DNA of 64,000 nucleotides from Chlamydiales bacterium (GTDB lineage Bacteria; Chlamydiota; Chlamydiia; Chlamydiales; CALTSX01): NCBI GenBank assembly GCA_051647685.1, contig JBOFEG010000041.1, positions 33,952 to 97,951 of the forward strand, read 5' to 3'. Shown piece by piece: positions 24,770 to 37,600 of this stretch (position 1 is its first letter; each line of letters starts with the position of its first letter). The notes under the pieces were generated by a model. It saw only the letters and a program-made list of their open reading frames with translations, ran no database searches and was not told where the DNA came from. The position numbers and the translations under genes were made by a program.

Positions 24770-27700
24770 TCAAAACCTCCACTTAGCCCCCAAGTTTACC
24801 GCCTGAACAAAATCGCCCCGAGTAAACTCCGCTCTATAATTCATAAGCAGATCAAAGCTTGGACAATAAGAGATCGTTGCGCCCCACTCCATAAAAATCC
24901 GATTAATAGAACCCATGTAAGTTTTGGTATCAAAACTACAAGCGCAAGCACTATAGTTGTCGAGTTTAGAGTGGAAGGTTCTATTAGATAAATGAGCAAT
25001 CCCATGCCAACCGAGATCTAGATAAGCTTTAGCGCAAGTGCAATCAGCCTCTGTTTGTACTTGGATTTTGATAGATACAAGCGTATCTAAGAAGCCGAAG
25101 TATTTGGATTCTGTCTGTAAATTCAATCCCTTAGGCTTATCTTCTGAAATAGAACTTAAGAATACATTGGTCTGAACGAGAGTGACTCTTGGGATAAAAG
25201 AAATATAGTTGTATCTCGCAGTGTACTCTGCAGAGAGAATTTCCGCTACATCCCAATAGTGAGGATTTGCTTTGGCTTTGATAGGATAGCCTATGAAAAG
25301 ATTGTGAAAAACAGAGGTATTAGTGTAAGCTCCGAGTACTCCGTAGGAGAAGTGCAAATCGTTTTTCTTATATGCTAGCTTAGTATCGAGATAGGCTCCA
25401 TTTGAGTCTGCTGTTCCTCTATGATCTGCCCATTGGGTATGGGTGTGGAGGTAACTTACGCAGATTTGTATGTTATAGTTTGTAGGATGTTGGATGGAAT
25501 ACTGGAGGCACAGGCCTCCAGTATTCTGTTCGTAGTTGGGGAGGTGATCATGTTCTCTGCGAACGTCGTTTCTATAGTATAAGGGCAGGAGGGTGAAAGA
25601 GTTTTGTATTGTAGGACATTCTTCTTCACAAGGAGTTGGGTTCTGAGTGAGTAAATATTGTATGCATCGAGATTCTCCGATGGGAAGGGCTCCGTAATGC
25701 TCGGGGGTTAAGCTGGCGAGGGCTTTGGTGTAAGAATTTAGAGGTAAACGAAAGAGGTTGTTAAGGAGGTTGACTAGATAATCGTTTTCGAAGGGGAAGT
25801 TGTCGCAGAAAAGGTAATTGGCTAGGTTTTTTTTGTTACTGCGTAAGTTACTGGATTGTATTGGCAATATGATTTGAGGTTCGACAAAGGTTAGGTTAAA
25901 ATCGTTGGGAGTGATTTCAAGTTGGGCGGTGAAGCGGGAGTTGGAAGAGATTTGATTGAAAAAACCATTGAATCCGCCATCGGCGTGGATGAGTTTGTAG
26001 TTCTGGTCTTTTTGGTAGATTCCTGGCTCGAGATATAAGTCTAGGGCTCCGTCAATCAGAGCGGTTCCTTTGATGATGAGGTGGTCGGATTGATTGCCGG
26101 GACGCATTTGGAGCATGAGGAATCCATAGGGGTTTTGGGTATAGTTACCACCTATGGTTAGTGTGCCGATTTGGTCTGCGCTGGGTTTGACAATGCCGCT
26201 GTTGGTGACGTTCCCAGCGGCAGTGCCAGTGCCTTGCAAGGTTCCGTCGGATTTGACGTTGATGTTGGAGGGAAAGGTGCCGTCGACTTGTAATGTTCCT
26301 TGGTTGATGTTGAGGTCGCCGGTGTGTGTAGAGGTGCCAACTTCACGCCACGTGCCAGTTCCTGATTTATTGATGATACCATTGCCACTGACGTTACCGT
26401 TAGTGGTGAGAGTTGTACCGCCGGGTGTGTCGATGCCTCCCGTTCCACTGGCAACGATGGGGTTGGTTAGGGTTAGGGTTTTGGTGGATTGCAGAGTTCC
26501 GCCATTGAGTGTGATGGAGGCGGTTTGTGATCCGAGAGCTTTGGGATCAGGGATGGAGAGTGTTCCATCTTCAATACTGGTACCGCCACGGTAATTGTTG
26601 TTGGTGTTGGATAGGATGAGTTGGCCGGGACCTTGTTTGATGATGCCACTGTCGAGATGGCCAGCAGGGGCTTCTAGGTCGGCCATGATGGAGTAGGAGG
26701 CGGTGAGGGATTGTTGGTTGTTGAAGATTACTTTGGCCTCCCGAAAGAGGAAGATGTCGGGGGCGTATCCTTGGCCGGGATTGCCTCCACTTCCTCCTAG
26801 GACGGAGTTACTAGACATGGAGACATTATCATTAATAACGCAGGTAGCAGTGTCTCCGACGAAGATGGCTCCTCCAAGGCCGGCTCCGCCTCCTGACATG
26901 TTGTTAAATCCATTACCCCCATAATGGCCACCTTTTCCCAAAAAGATTCCGTTTATATCTTTACTATTTCCTCCACCACCTCCAAAGCCACCCCCTCCCC
27001 CTTTACAATCGGGAGAACATGACGCGGAACTTCCTCCCCCCCCAAAGCCGCCACCAGCACCAGAATTAACAACACCTCCACCACTTCCAAAACCACCCCC
27101 TCCTCCACCTTGCCTAAAATCAATACCATTTCCTCCACCATTTCCTCCGCCGTTACCACCGCCTCCTCCGCCATAAGTTCCAAGACCGCCGCCGCCGCCT
27201 CCTCCTCCGCCGCCGCAATAACCTCCACTTCCACCATTTTTTTCATCCTTTGGAGACAGTCCAGAACCAATCCCTCCTCCTTTCCCACCAATATATGTTT
27301 CATTAGATCCCCCATCCCCTCCGCCATAACCATTTAAGAATTTAGATCCATCACTGCCTCCACCATTACTAATAAATCCCGAAAAATCACCACCTCCTTT
27401 ATTAGTGGTAGCGTGTTTATTGAGAGTTGAAAAACTAGACCCACCTCCAGAAAATCTTGTTCTACCCTCACCTCCTTTCGCTTTGCAATTAACAATAGAT
27501 GTATTTTCTAAAGTAAAAGTATTCCCTCGATCTATATAAACACCGCCTCCAGCACCCATTCCACCGCCTCCACCATCTCCCCCAATGGCAGCACCATTTT
27601 GCAATATGCAATTATTAACGGTCAGATCAGCCATAATGGTAGCAAATAACCTATATTCTCCTTGTCCATTGATAGGTTGCTTTGCATTGGAATTTATAAC

Positions 27701-27928
27701 GGTATTTTTCTTTATTACGGGGAGATCGCTTCCAACAGAAATGGGACTATTCCCGGGGATTTGTAGATTAATGGTATTTGATCCATCACTTCCCGCATTA
27801 ATATTAGTGATGGCTTGACGCAGACTTCCTGCACCGCTGTCGCTGGAATTAGTGACGGTTTCAGTTTGTGAATAAACTACAGATAAGTAGATAGAAGAAA
27901 CTACTAAAGAAAGTGGAAAAAATTTCAT
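24770..27928 (-). CDS. Polymorphic-membrane-protein-like autotransporter with a glycine-rich passenger insert
   Basis: 1052 aa. It has a signal peptide (MKFFPLSLVVSSIYLSVVYS) and GGAI motifs (GAAIGGDGGG, GGAIFVGD). The ~250-aa Gly-rich region includes GGYCGGGGGGGGGGLGTYGGGGGGNGGGNGGGNG. Autotransporter beta-strand repeats follow (GPGQLILSNTNNNYRGGTSIEDGTLSI; GTWREVGTSTHTGDLNINQGTLQVDG). The C-terminal beta-barrel ends in ...GAKWRF. Confidence 0.85.
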   Translation of the reverse strand: MKFFPLSLVVSSIYLSVVYSQTETVTNSSDSGAGSLRQAITNINAGSDGSNTINLQIPGNSPISVGSDLPVIKKNTVINSNAKQPINGQGEYRLFATIMADLTVNNCILQNGAAIGGDGGGGGMGAGGGVYIDRGNTFTLENTSIVNCKAKGGEGRTRFSGGGSSFSTLNKHATTNKGGGDFSGFISNGGGSDGSKFLNGYGGGDGGSNETYIGGKGGGIGSGLSPKDEKNGGSGGYCGGGGGGGGGGLGTYGGGGGGNGGGNGGGNGIDFRQGGGGGGFGSGGGVVNSGAGGGFGGGGSSASCSPDCKGGGGGFGGGGGNSKDINGIFLGKGGHYGGNGFNNMSGGGAGLGGAIFVGDTATCVINDNVSMSSNSVLGGSGGNPGQGYAPDIFLFREAKVIFNNQQSLTASYSIMADLEAPAGHLDSGIIKQGPGQLILSNTNNNYRGGTSIEDGTLSIPDPKALGSQTASITLNGGTLQSTKTLTLTNPIVASGTGGIDTPGGTTLTTNGNVSGNGIINKSGTGTWREVGTSTHTGDLNINQGTLQVDGTFPSNINVKSDGTLQGTGTAAGNVTNSGIVKPSADQIGTLTIGGNYTQNPYGFLMLQMRPGNQSDHLIIKGTALIDGALDLYLEPGIYQKDQNYKLIHADGGFNGFFNQISSNSRFTAQLEITPNDFNLTFVEPQIILPIQSSNLRSNKKNLANYLFCDNFPFENDYLVNLLNNLFRLPLNSYTKALASLTPEHYGALPIGESRCIQYLLTQNPTPCEEECPTIQNSFTLLPLYYRNDVRREHDHLPNYEQNTGGLCLQYSIQHPTNYNIQICVSYLHTHTQWADHRGTADSNGAYLDTKLAYKKNDLHFSYGVLGAYTNTSVFHNLFIGYPIKAKANPHYWDVAEILSAEYTARYNYISFIPRVTLVQTNVFLSSISEDKPKGLNLQTESKYFGFLDTLVSIKIQVQTEADCTCAKAYLDLGWHGIAHLSNRTFHSKLDNYSACACSFDTKTYMGSINRIFMEWGATISYCPSFDLLMNYRAEFTRGDFVQAVNLGAKWRF

Positions 27929-28013
27929 CTAAAAAAAAGTTTATAATTTCTTTATAGGTGTAACAAAAGAAAAAATAAAATCGAAGAATTTTTTAATATG
28001 AAAATTTTTGAAC

Positions 28014-28045
28014 AAAAAAAAGCCATTATACCGAAGTATAATGGC
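28014..28045 (-). terminator. Rho-independent terminator of the rRNA operon
   Basis: On the minus strand: GCCATTATAC-TTCG-GTATAATGGC followed by TTTTTTTT. This is a perfect 10-bp stem with a UUCG tetraloop and a U8 tract, starting ~10 nt after the 5S 3' end. Confidence 0.8.
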
Positions 28046-28055
28046 AAAATGAAAA

Positions 28056-28169
28056 CTTGGCAACGACCTACTCTTCCACACTCTTGTGTGCAGTACCATC
28101 GGCGATGAAGAACTTGACTTCTGAGTTCGGGATGGGATCAGGTATATCCTCTTCTCTATAGCCACCAAG
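28056..28169 (-). rRNA. rrf: 5S ribosomal RNA
   Basis: Reverse complement: CTTGGTGGCTATAGAGAAGAGGATATACCTGATCCCATCCCGAACTCAGAAGTCAAG...GCCGATGGTACTG...GGAAGAGTAGGTCGTTGCCAAG. The ends pair as helix I. Boundaries are +/- a few nt. Confidence 0.9.
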
Positions 28170-28306
28170 AAAAAAATAATTGAAAATATGAATTAAACAT
28201 TTATCGATTTAAGACGACGCTTGAGAACTTTTAGCGTACCGTAAAGCACGTTTATCATTATAGATAGGTCTATGATAAACATAAAACTATCTATAAAGAA
28301 AAAAAA

Positions 28307-31225
<2,919 letters not shown>

Positions 31226-31453
31226 ACAAATATTGCTATTTTATGCTTTACAATTCGCCTTGTGTTCTCAAGCGCCGACTTAAATCGGCTTTTTAAAAAA
31301 ATTTGAAATTATATAATATAACCGCAAAAAATGCCTAATTCATATTTTCAAAAGATCAGTATTGTTACCTTGACAATAGAAGGGAAGTAATTGTGCTAGT
31401 CTATTAAAGCCTCTCAACTAGAATAGATGAATAAATTCATCTTTCTTGTCCTT

Positions 31454-33015
<1,562 letters not shown>

Positions 33016-33301
33016 AACATAAATTATAAAAAAATATTAACAGGAGCTTGACTGTACATTGTACTGTCAACCTCAAACTTTAATAGGCATCACACAATTA
33101 CTTCTCTTCTACTGTCAAAATATCAATTGCTTGTATCAAGCTTAAACACTCTTTGGTGTTTTATTTCTTTCAATTTAATAACTTGAAAGAAGCTAACAAC
33201 ATACATAAATTAGTGATTTATTAGCAATTTTTTTCGCAAATTTTTTAAAAATAAAAAAAATGACAATTTTATGGGGGAAAATCCAGGGTTATTTATCTAG
33301 G

Positions 33302-34564
33302 TTAAAAGAATAAATAATAGATCATTCCCGCTAAATAACCGAGCAACGCAGGCAATGTAATTTTCTTCATATACTGAAAGAAATGCACCTTTTCAAGCCC
33401 CATAAGAGCTACACCGGGCGATGACCCTATTAATAAAATACTGCCGCCAGTTCCCGCTGTATATGCAATCATTAGCCATAACTTATGGTCCATTGCATAG
33501 CTCGATAATGGATACATTCCAATAGACGCTGCAACGAGCGGAACATTATCGATAACGGCTGATAACATACCAATTGTAAGAGCTATTAACGTATTACTTT
33601 TTAACCACGTATTTAAAATAGTGGCAAGTGATTGCAAAATACCTGCAGACTCTAACGCATGAACACTCAGTAGGATTCCTAAAAAAAATAAAATATTCGA
33701 TACATCAATTTTTGTTAGGATGAATGGTATCCGCAAATGATGTCTATGCTCATATTTATGATGTAATAAATCGGTTATAAACCATAAGACAGATAATCCG
33801 AGCAACATTCCCATGTAAGGTGGTAGGCCCGTTAACCATTTAAATATAGGAACAAATAGGAAAGATATAATTCCGAAGAAAAAGACGATTTTCGCCCCAG
33901 GCTCTAACGGATCTTTATCGAAATCAACTTCCGCTTCAGTGTATCCCCCCTTCATACGAAAACTAACATATAATATGGGTATTAAAGCTGCAATTAAGCT
34001 GGGTATAAATACCGAACGCATAACAGCAGTAGATGAGATTTGTCCATTTACCCATAACATTGTGGTAGTAACATCTCCAATAGGTGACCAAGCACCTCCA
34101 GCATTAGATGCAACGACGATCATACAAGCGAGCATAAGGCGTTCTTTGGCTGTAGGAATAAGTTTTCTCAGGATAGAAATCATTAATATTGTGGTTGTTA
34201 GATTATCGAGTACGGCTGACAGACAAAAACAAAGACCGCATATAATCCACAACATATATCTCTTAGATTTTGCTCGGATAAGTCGAGTTATTACGTAAAA
34301 TCCATTATGTGAATCGATGAGTTCTACGAGCGTCATGGCTCCGAGAAGAAAAAATAATATCTGAGATATGCTACTAATGTGATGAGAGAGCGTGTTTAAA
34401 TTTTCTGACAGTGGTTTATTTGAAAATACAAAAAATATCACCCATAAAATTGCCGCTAAAAATAGGGAAACTGCCGTTTTATTAGCTTTTACTTGAAATT
34501 CAAAAATGATCGCGGAATATCCCAAACAGAAAAATGTGATTAATAGAAAAGTACTTGTGATCAT
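33302..34564 (-). CDS. Ion transporter superfamily membrane protein (NhaD-type Na+/H+ antiporter / ArsB-CitMHS-like)
   Basis: 420 aa with ~11-12 TM helices. There is an internal pseudo-symmetry with NAGGAWSPIGDVTT and AGTGGSILLIGSSPG loops, typical of this superfamily. Confidence 0.7.
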   Translation of the reverse strand: MITSTFLLITFFCLGYSAIIFEFQVKANKTAVSLFLAAILWVIFFVFSNKPLSENLNTLSHHISSISQILFFLLGAMTLVELIDSHNGFYVITRLIRAKSKRYMLWIICGLCFCLSAVLDNLTTTILMISILRKLIPTAKERLMLACMIVVASNAGGAWSPIGDVTTTMLWVNGQISSTAVMRSVFIPSLIAALIPILYVSFRMKGGYTEAEVDFDKDPLEPGAKIVFFFGIISFLFVPIFKWLTGLPPYMGMLLGLSVLWFITDLLHHKYEHRHHLRIPFILTKIDVSNILFFLGILLSVHALESAGILQSLATILNTWLKSNTLIALTIGMLSAVIDNVPLVAASIGMYPLSSYAMDHKLWLMIAYTAGTGGSILLIGSSPGVALMGLEKVHFFQYMKKITLPALLGYLAGMIYYLFF

Positions 34565-34666
34565 AATCCGATTTATACTTATTTGAATGTTTTTTGGAAT
34601 GTACTTTTTGGCGCTTTACTGAAAAAAACCTTTATATTAGATAAAAGAGATGAGAACATCACGACT

Positions 34667-35155
34667 ATGACTATACTGCCATATCCTCAGCTCTCTGATC
34701 TTTTATTGCGCGTGCAATTCCATCTGATGGAGTTAGCTCTACATGAACGAGATCTCGATTTTCTTTTAGTTGATTTGGAGAAGGTGATATCTCAAATACG
34801 CGAGCATTATCATGAAATCTTTATGGATATAGCTCCCGCCTTTGAGGAATTACAAACGCATTTTTCTACCAAAAATCGTTTTGCTTTAGGTACTAAACTA
34901 CAAATCCAGGTAGCCTCTCACCAGAGTTTTCCAGAAATTAACAAATTAAAGCCTTATCTCGATCAAATAGAGCGTCATCTCCACGCAAACGAATTATCTT
35001 ATCATCTCGCACTTTTCCAAATTGCACTCACGCATCCGAATAAACCCCCTAGCGAGAAATTGTGTAATGTAATAGAGAACATTAAACAGCATTACCCCAA
35101 TCGAAAGTACGTAGATATTTTATATCGGGAATTGATCCCTTACTATGCCTTTTAA
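34667..35155 (+). CDS. Hypothetical helical protein
   Basis: The ORF track opens at a TTG (34583). The first in-frame ATG is 34667 (MTILPYPQLSD...). No recognisable motif. The coding call rests only on ORF length and its fit between neighbours. Confidence 0.45.
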   Translation: MTILPYPQLSDLLLRVQFHLMELALHERDLDFLLVDLEKVISQIREHYHEIFMDIAPAFEELQTHFSTKNRFALGTKLQIQVASHQSFPEINKLKPYLDQIERHLHANELSYHLALFQIALTHPNKPPSEKLCNVIENIKQHYPNRKYVDILYRELIPYYAF

Positions 35156-36138
35156 GAAGTTGGTATTATTACACTCTGAGTAGTCAGCCCTGCATCGATA
35201 AGATCTGATAGACGTAGCAATCCGATCACTTTATTTTTCTCTAGCACTGCTAATTCTCTAATTGGAAAATCCCTATCTTGTTGCATCATAGACAATGCAA
35301 TCACGGCAAGTGCATCTTTGTCAATAGAGTGGTACGATTTTGTAGCAATAGATGCTACTTTATCTTTTAAAATAGTTGTATGTGGGTTTTTAATGATTTC
35401 TTGTAATTTCGTATCTGTAAATATGCCATATAATACTTTATTTTCATCTGTAATAAAAACAGAATTACATCGCTTAGCTAACAATTCAATGATTGCCTCT
35501 CCTATTGTACTATTCAAGTAACAAATAGGTATCTTTTCTTTTTGTAACATTACGTCTTTTACTCGCAGAAGCATTTTTTTCCCAATTATGCCCTGTGGAT
35601 GATTTAGCATATATTTGCTTAAGTTAAATTGTTTTTTCTGCATGAGTGCTACAATTAGAATAGTGCCAAATAGTAATTGGATAACAGGCGAAGTAGTCGG
35701 GGTCAGGTCAAACGGGCATAGCTCTTTTTGCAAAGGGAGATGCATAAAAAAATCGGATAACTTTGCCAATTTAGAATTTGAATTAGATGCCCATCCGATA
35801 ATTCGAACTTGTTTTTTTCGCACTGCAAAAACTAAATCGATTAGTTCTTGGTTGCTTCCACTTTTACTGAGGAGTATGACAATATCTTCTTTTGAAACAA
35901 TTCCAATGTCTCCGTGCAGGGCATTATTTACAGAAAGGTAGTTGGCTCGAATTCCAATAGATGTAAGCGTTGCTACAAGATTTTTAGCAATAATGCCACT
36001 TTTTCCAATTCCAGCAAATATGATAGATCCTCGGCACCTAAGCAGTAATTCAATCATTTCCTCTGTTTTCGCTATATTTATAGACGAAAAAAAATATTCT
36101 AAATGGGCTTTTTGTTCGTGAAATAATTTCTCTATCAT
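35152..36138 (-). CDS. kpsF: Arabinose-5-phosphate isomerase (KpsF/GutQ family; KDO pathway)
   Basis: 328 aa. SIS domain (IIFAGIGKSGIIAKNLVATLTSIG; LLSKSGSNQEL) plus tandem C-terminal CBS domains. Confidence 0.88.
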   Translation of the reverse strand: MIEKLFHEQKAHLEYFFSSINIAKTEEMIELLLRCRGSIIFAGIGKSGIIAKNLVATLTSIGIRANYLSVNNALHGDIGIVSKEDIVILLSKSGSNQELIDLVFAVRKKQVRIIGWASNSNSKLAKLSDFFMHLPLQKELCPFDLTPTTSPVIQLLFGTILIVALMQKKQFNLSKYMLNHPQGIIGKKMLLRVKDVMLQKEKIPICYLNSTIGEAIIELLAKRCNSVFITDENKVLYGIFTDTKLQEIIKNPHTTILKDKVASIATKSYHSIDKDALAVIALSMMQQDRDFPIRELAVLEKNKVIGLLRLSDLIDAGLTTQSVIIPTS

Positions 36139-36148
36139 AATCTTGCAA

Positions 36149-37333
36149 TTATCTCGCGAGACAGGAGTCTGGGAAGCTTTTGTGAATATTTTCTAGAGTT
36201 TCTATGTATGTTTTTAATTCATGTAGAAACCGAGAGGCATACATTCCATCTATAATTCTGTGATCAAAGGTCAGAGAGATATACATTCTTTCAGCTATCC
36301 CAATACTACTGTTTGAAAGCGCGACAACTCGTTTAGTAATGGCTCCCATACCAATAATAGCTGCTTCAGGATAGCGAATAATAGGCACTCCAATTTCAGC
36401 TCCACCCATACCAAAATTTGTCAATGTCAGAGTACCTTCTTGCATTTCTGATAATACAATTTGATTGTTGCGCGCTCGCGTAGCGAAGTCAGTAACTTTC
36501 TCAGCAATCTCACATAGACGTAATTTGCTACAATTCTTAATAACAGGTACGATCAAATCGTCGTTGATATTTACTGCAATTCCCAAGTTAACGGCTGGAT
36601 GTATTGTAACCATATTGCCGTTAAGTGATGCATTGATTAATGGGTAATTTTGTACTGTATTCGCTATAGCTTGAATAATAAAACTTGTAATCGTTAATTT
36701 AGATCGATAATTTTCATAGAATTGATTTTTATTATCCTGAATATAATGGAGAAGCTGAGTCACATCTATTTCCCTAATTAAAGAGGCATGAGGAATTTTT
36801 GTGTAAGAATCTAGCAGATTCCTCGCAATAGTTTGTCGTCTTTCTGATAAAGGAATCCCTTTAGGCTTTACACAAGATGCCGTTTGAATTGATAAATATT
36901 GTTGAATATCTTTTTTCGATATGCGACCCCCAGCTCCAGTTCCTTTGATTTCTTGCAATGTTTTTAAATCTAAATTGTTTTCTCTTGCCATCTGTAGTAC
37001 GACTGGTGAGGCAAAATTAGAAGGCGCCCTCGAAATTTCTGGTGGATCTAATATAATATTTTTTTTGTTTGCATTCTCTGTAGCCTTTTTCTCGACGCGA
37101 ATTATACAGAGCGGCTCCCCTACATCTATTTCCATAAAAGGTTTAGTTAAAATAGCCTCAATGTAACCGCTACAGGAAGAGGGTATTTCACTATTTACTT
37201 TATCTGTTGACACTTCAAGTAATGGTTCATCCAGCTGGATGTAGTCTCCTTCTTCTTTAAACCATTGAACAACTGTTGCTCGAAGAATGCTCTCTCCAAG
37301 TTTAGGCAATGTAATTGTTATTTTCTCGTTCAT
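36149..37333 (-). CDS. 2-oxo-acid dehydrogenase E2 component (dihydrolipoamide acyltransferase)
   Basis: 394 aa. It has an N-terminal lipoyl domain (LLEVSTDKVNSEIPS) and a peripheral subunit-binding domain (SPVVLQMARENNLDLKTLQEIKGTGAGGRISKKDI). The catalytic domain carries SLTFDHRIIDG. No E1 or E3 gene lies adjacent in this window. Confidence 0.9.
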   Translation of the reverse strand: MNEKITITLPKLGESILRATVVQWFKEEGDYIQLDEPLLEVSTDKVNSEIPSSCSGYIEAILTKPFMEIDVGEPLCIIRVEKKATENANKKNIILDPPEISRAPSNFASPVVLQMARENNLDLKTLQEIKGTGAGGRISKKDIQQYLSIQTASCVKPKGIPLSERRQTIARNLLDSYTKIPHASLIREIDVTQLLHYIQDNKNQFYENYRSKLTITSFIIQAIANTVQNYPLINASLNGNMVTIHPAVNLGIAVNINDDLIVPVIKNCSKLRLCEIAEKVTDFATRARNNQIVLSEMQEGTLTLTNFGMGGAEIGVPIIRYPEAAIIGMGAITKRVVALSNSSIGIAERMYISLTFDHRIIDGMYASRFLHELKTYIETLENIHKSFPDSCLAR

Positions 37334-37336
37334 AAT

Positions 37337-37600
37337 TTTTTCCCAACCATGTTACAGCGCAATACTGTTTTTGATTAATTTCTTTTTCCGATATAGCAAA
37401 CCATACAACCGGTGCTATATCTCCTAAAATATTTATAGCAGCTGATCGATCCCAGCGAGGATTGTAATTCCCTCAAAAAGTGCTCCCAATGTATTTAATC
37501 GGATCGATAACATAAGAATTCTAGTTCCAGGAATAAACACTGTACCAATAGAAGAGACTAAAGATACAAAAAATAAAATACCAATCTTTAATCCGTGACT
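37337..37600 (-). pseudogene. Relic of the C-terminal end of a dicarboxylate/amino-acid:cation symporter (DAACS/GltP-type) gene
   Basis: The minus strand directly after the lpxK stop reads SHGLKIGILFFVSLVSSIGTVFIPGTRILMLSIRLNTLGALFEGITILAGIDQLL*. After a frameshift it continues NILGDIAPVVWFAISEKE. This matches the conserved DAACS tail (..IPGAG..ML.....GLP.EGI.LI.GIDR..DM.RT..NV.GD......V...E). No N-terminal part is present. Confidence 0.5.

Noticed and set aside
26154-27337. Cluster of overlapping ORFs in several frames and on both strands (26154-26594, 26158-26454, 26703-26924, 26953-27333, 27110-27337, 27585-27818).
   Set aside because: They are an artefact of the stop-codon-poor, G/C-biased Gly/Thr/Asn-coding region of the autotransporter gene. 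Only the 1052-aa frame has a signal peptide, repeats and a beta-barrel.
27941-28168. 75-aa minus-strand ORF upstream of the pmp-like gene.
   Set aside because: It is built from the 5S rRNA gene, the rRNA terminator hairpin and the A/T-rich spacer. It is not a coding sequence.
31226-31453. tRNA-Ile or tRNA-Ala genes in the 16S-23S spacer.
   Set aside because: The spacer has no cloverleaf-compatible sequence and no GTTCGA/T-loop motif. The spacer is only 228 nt.
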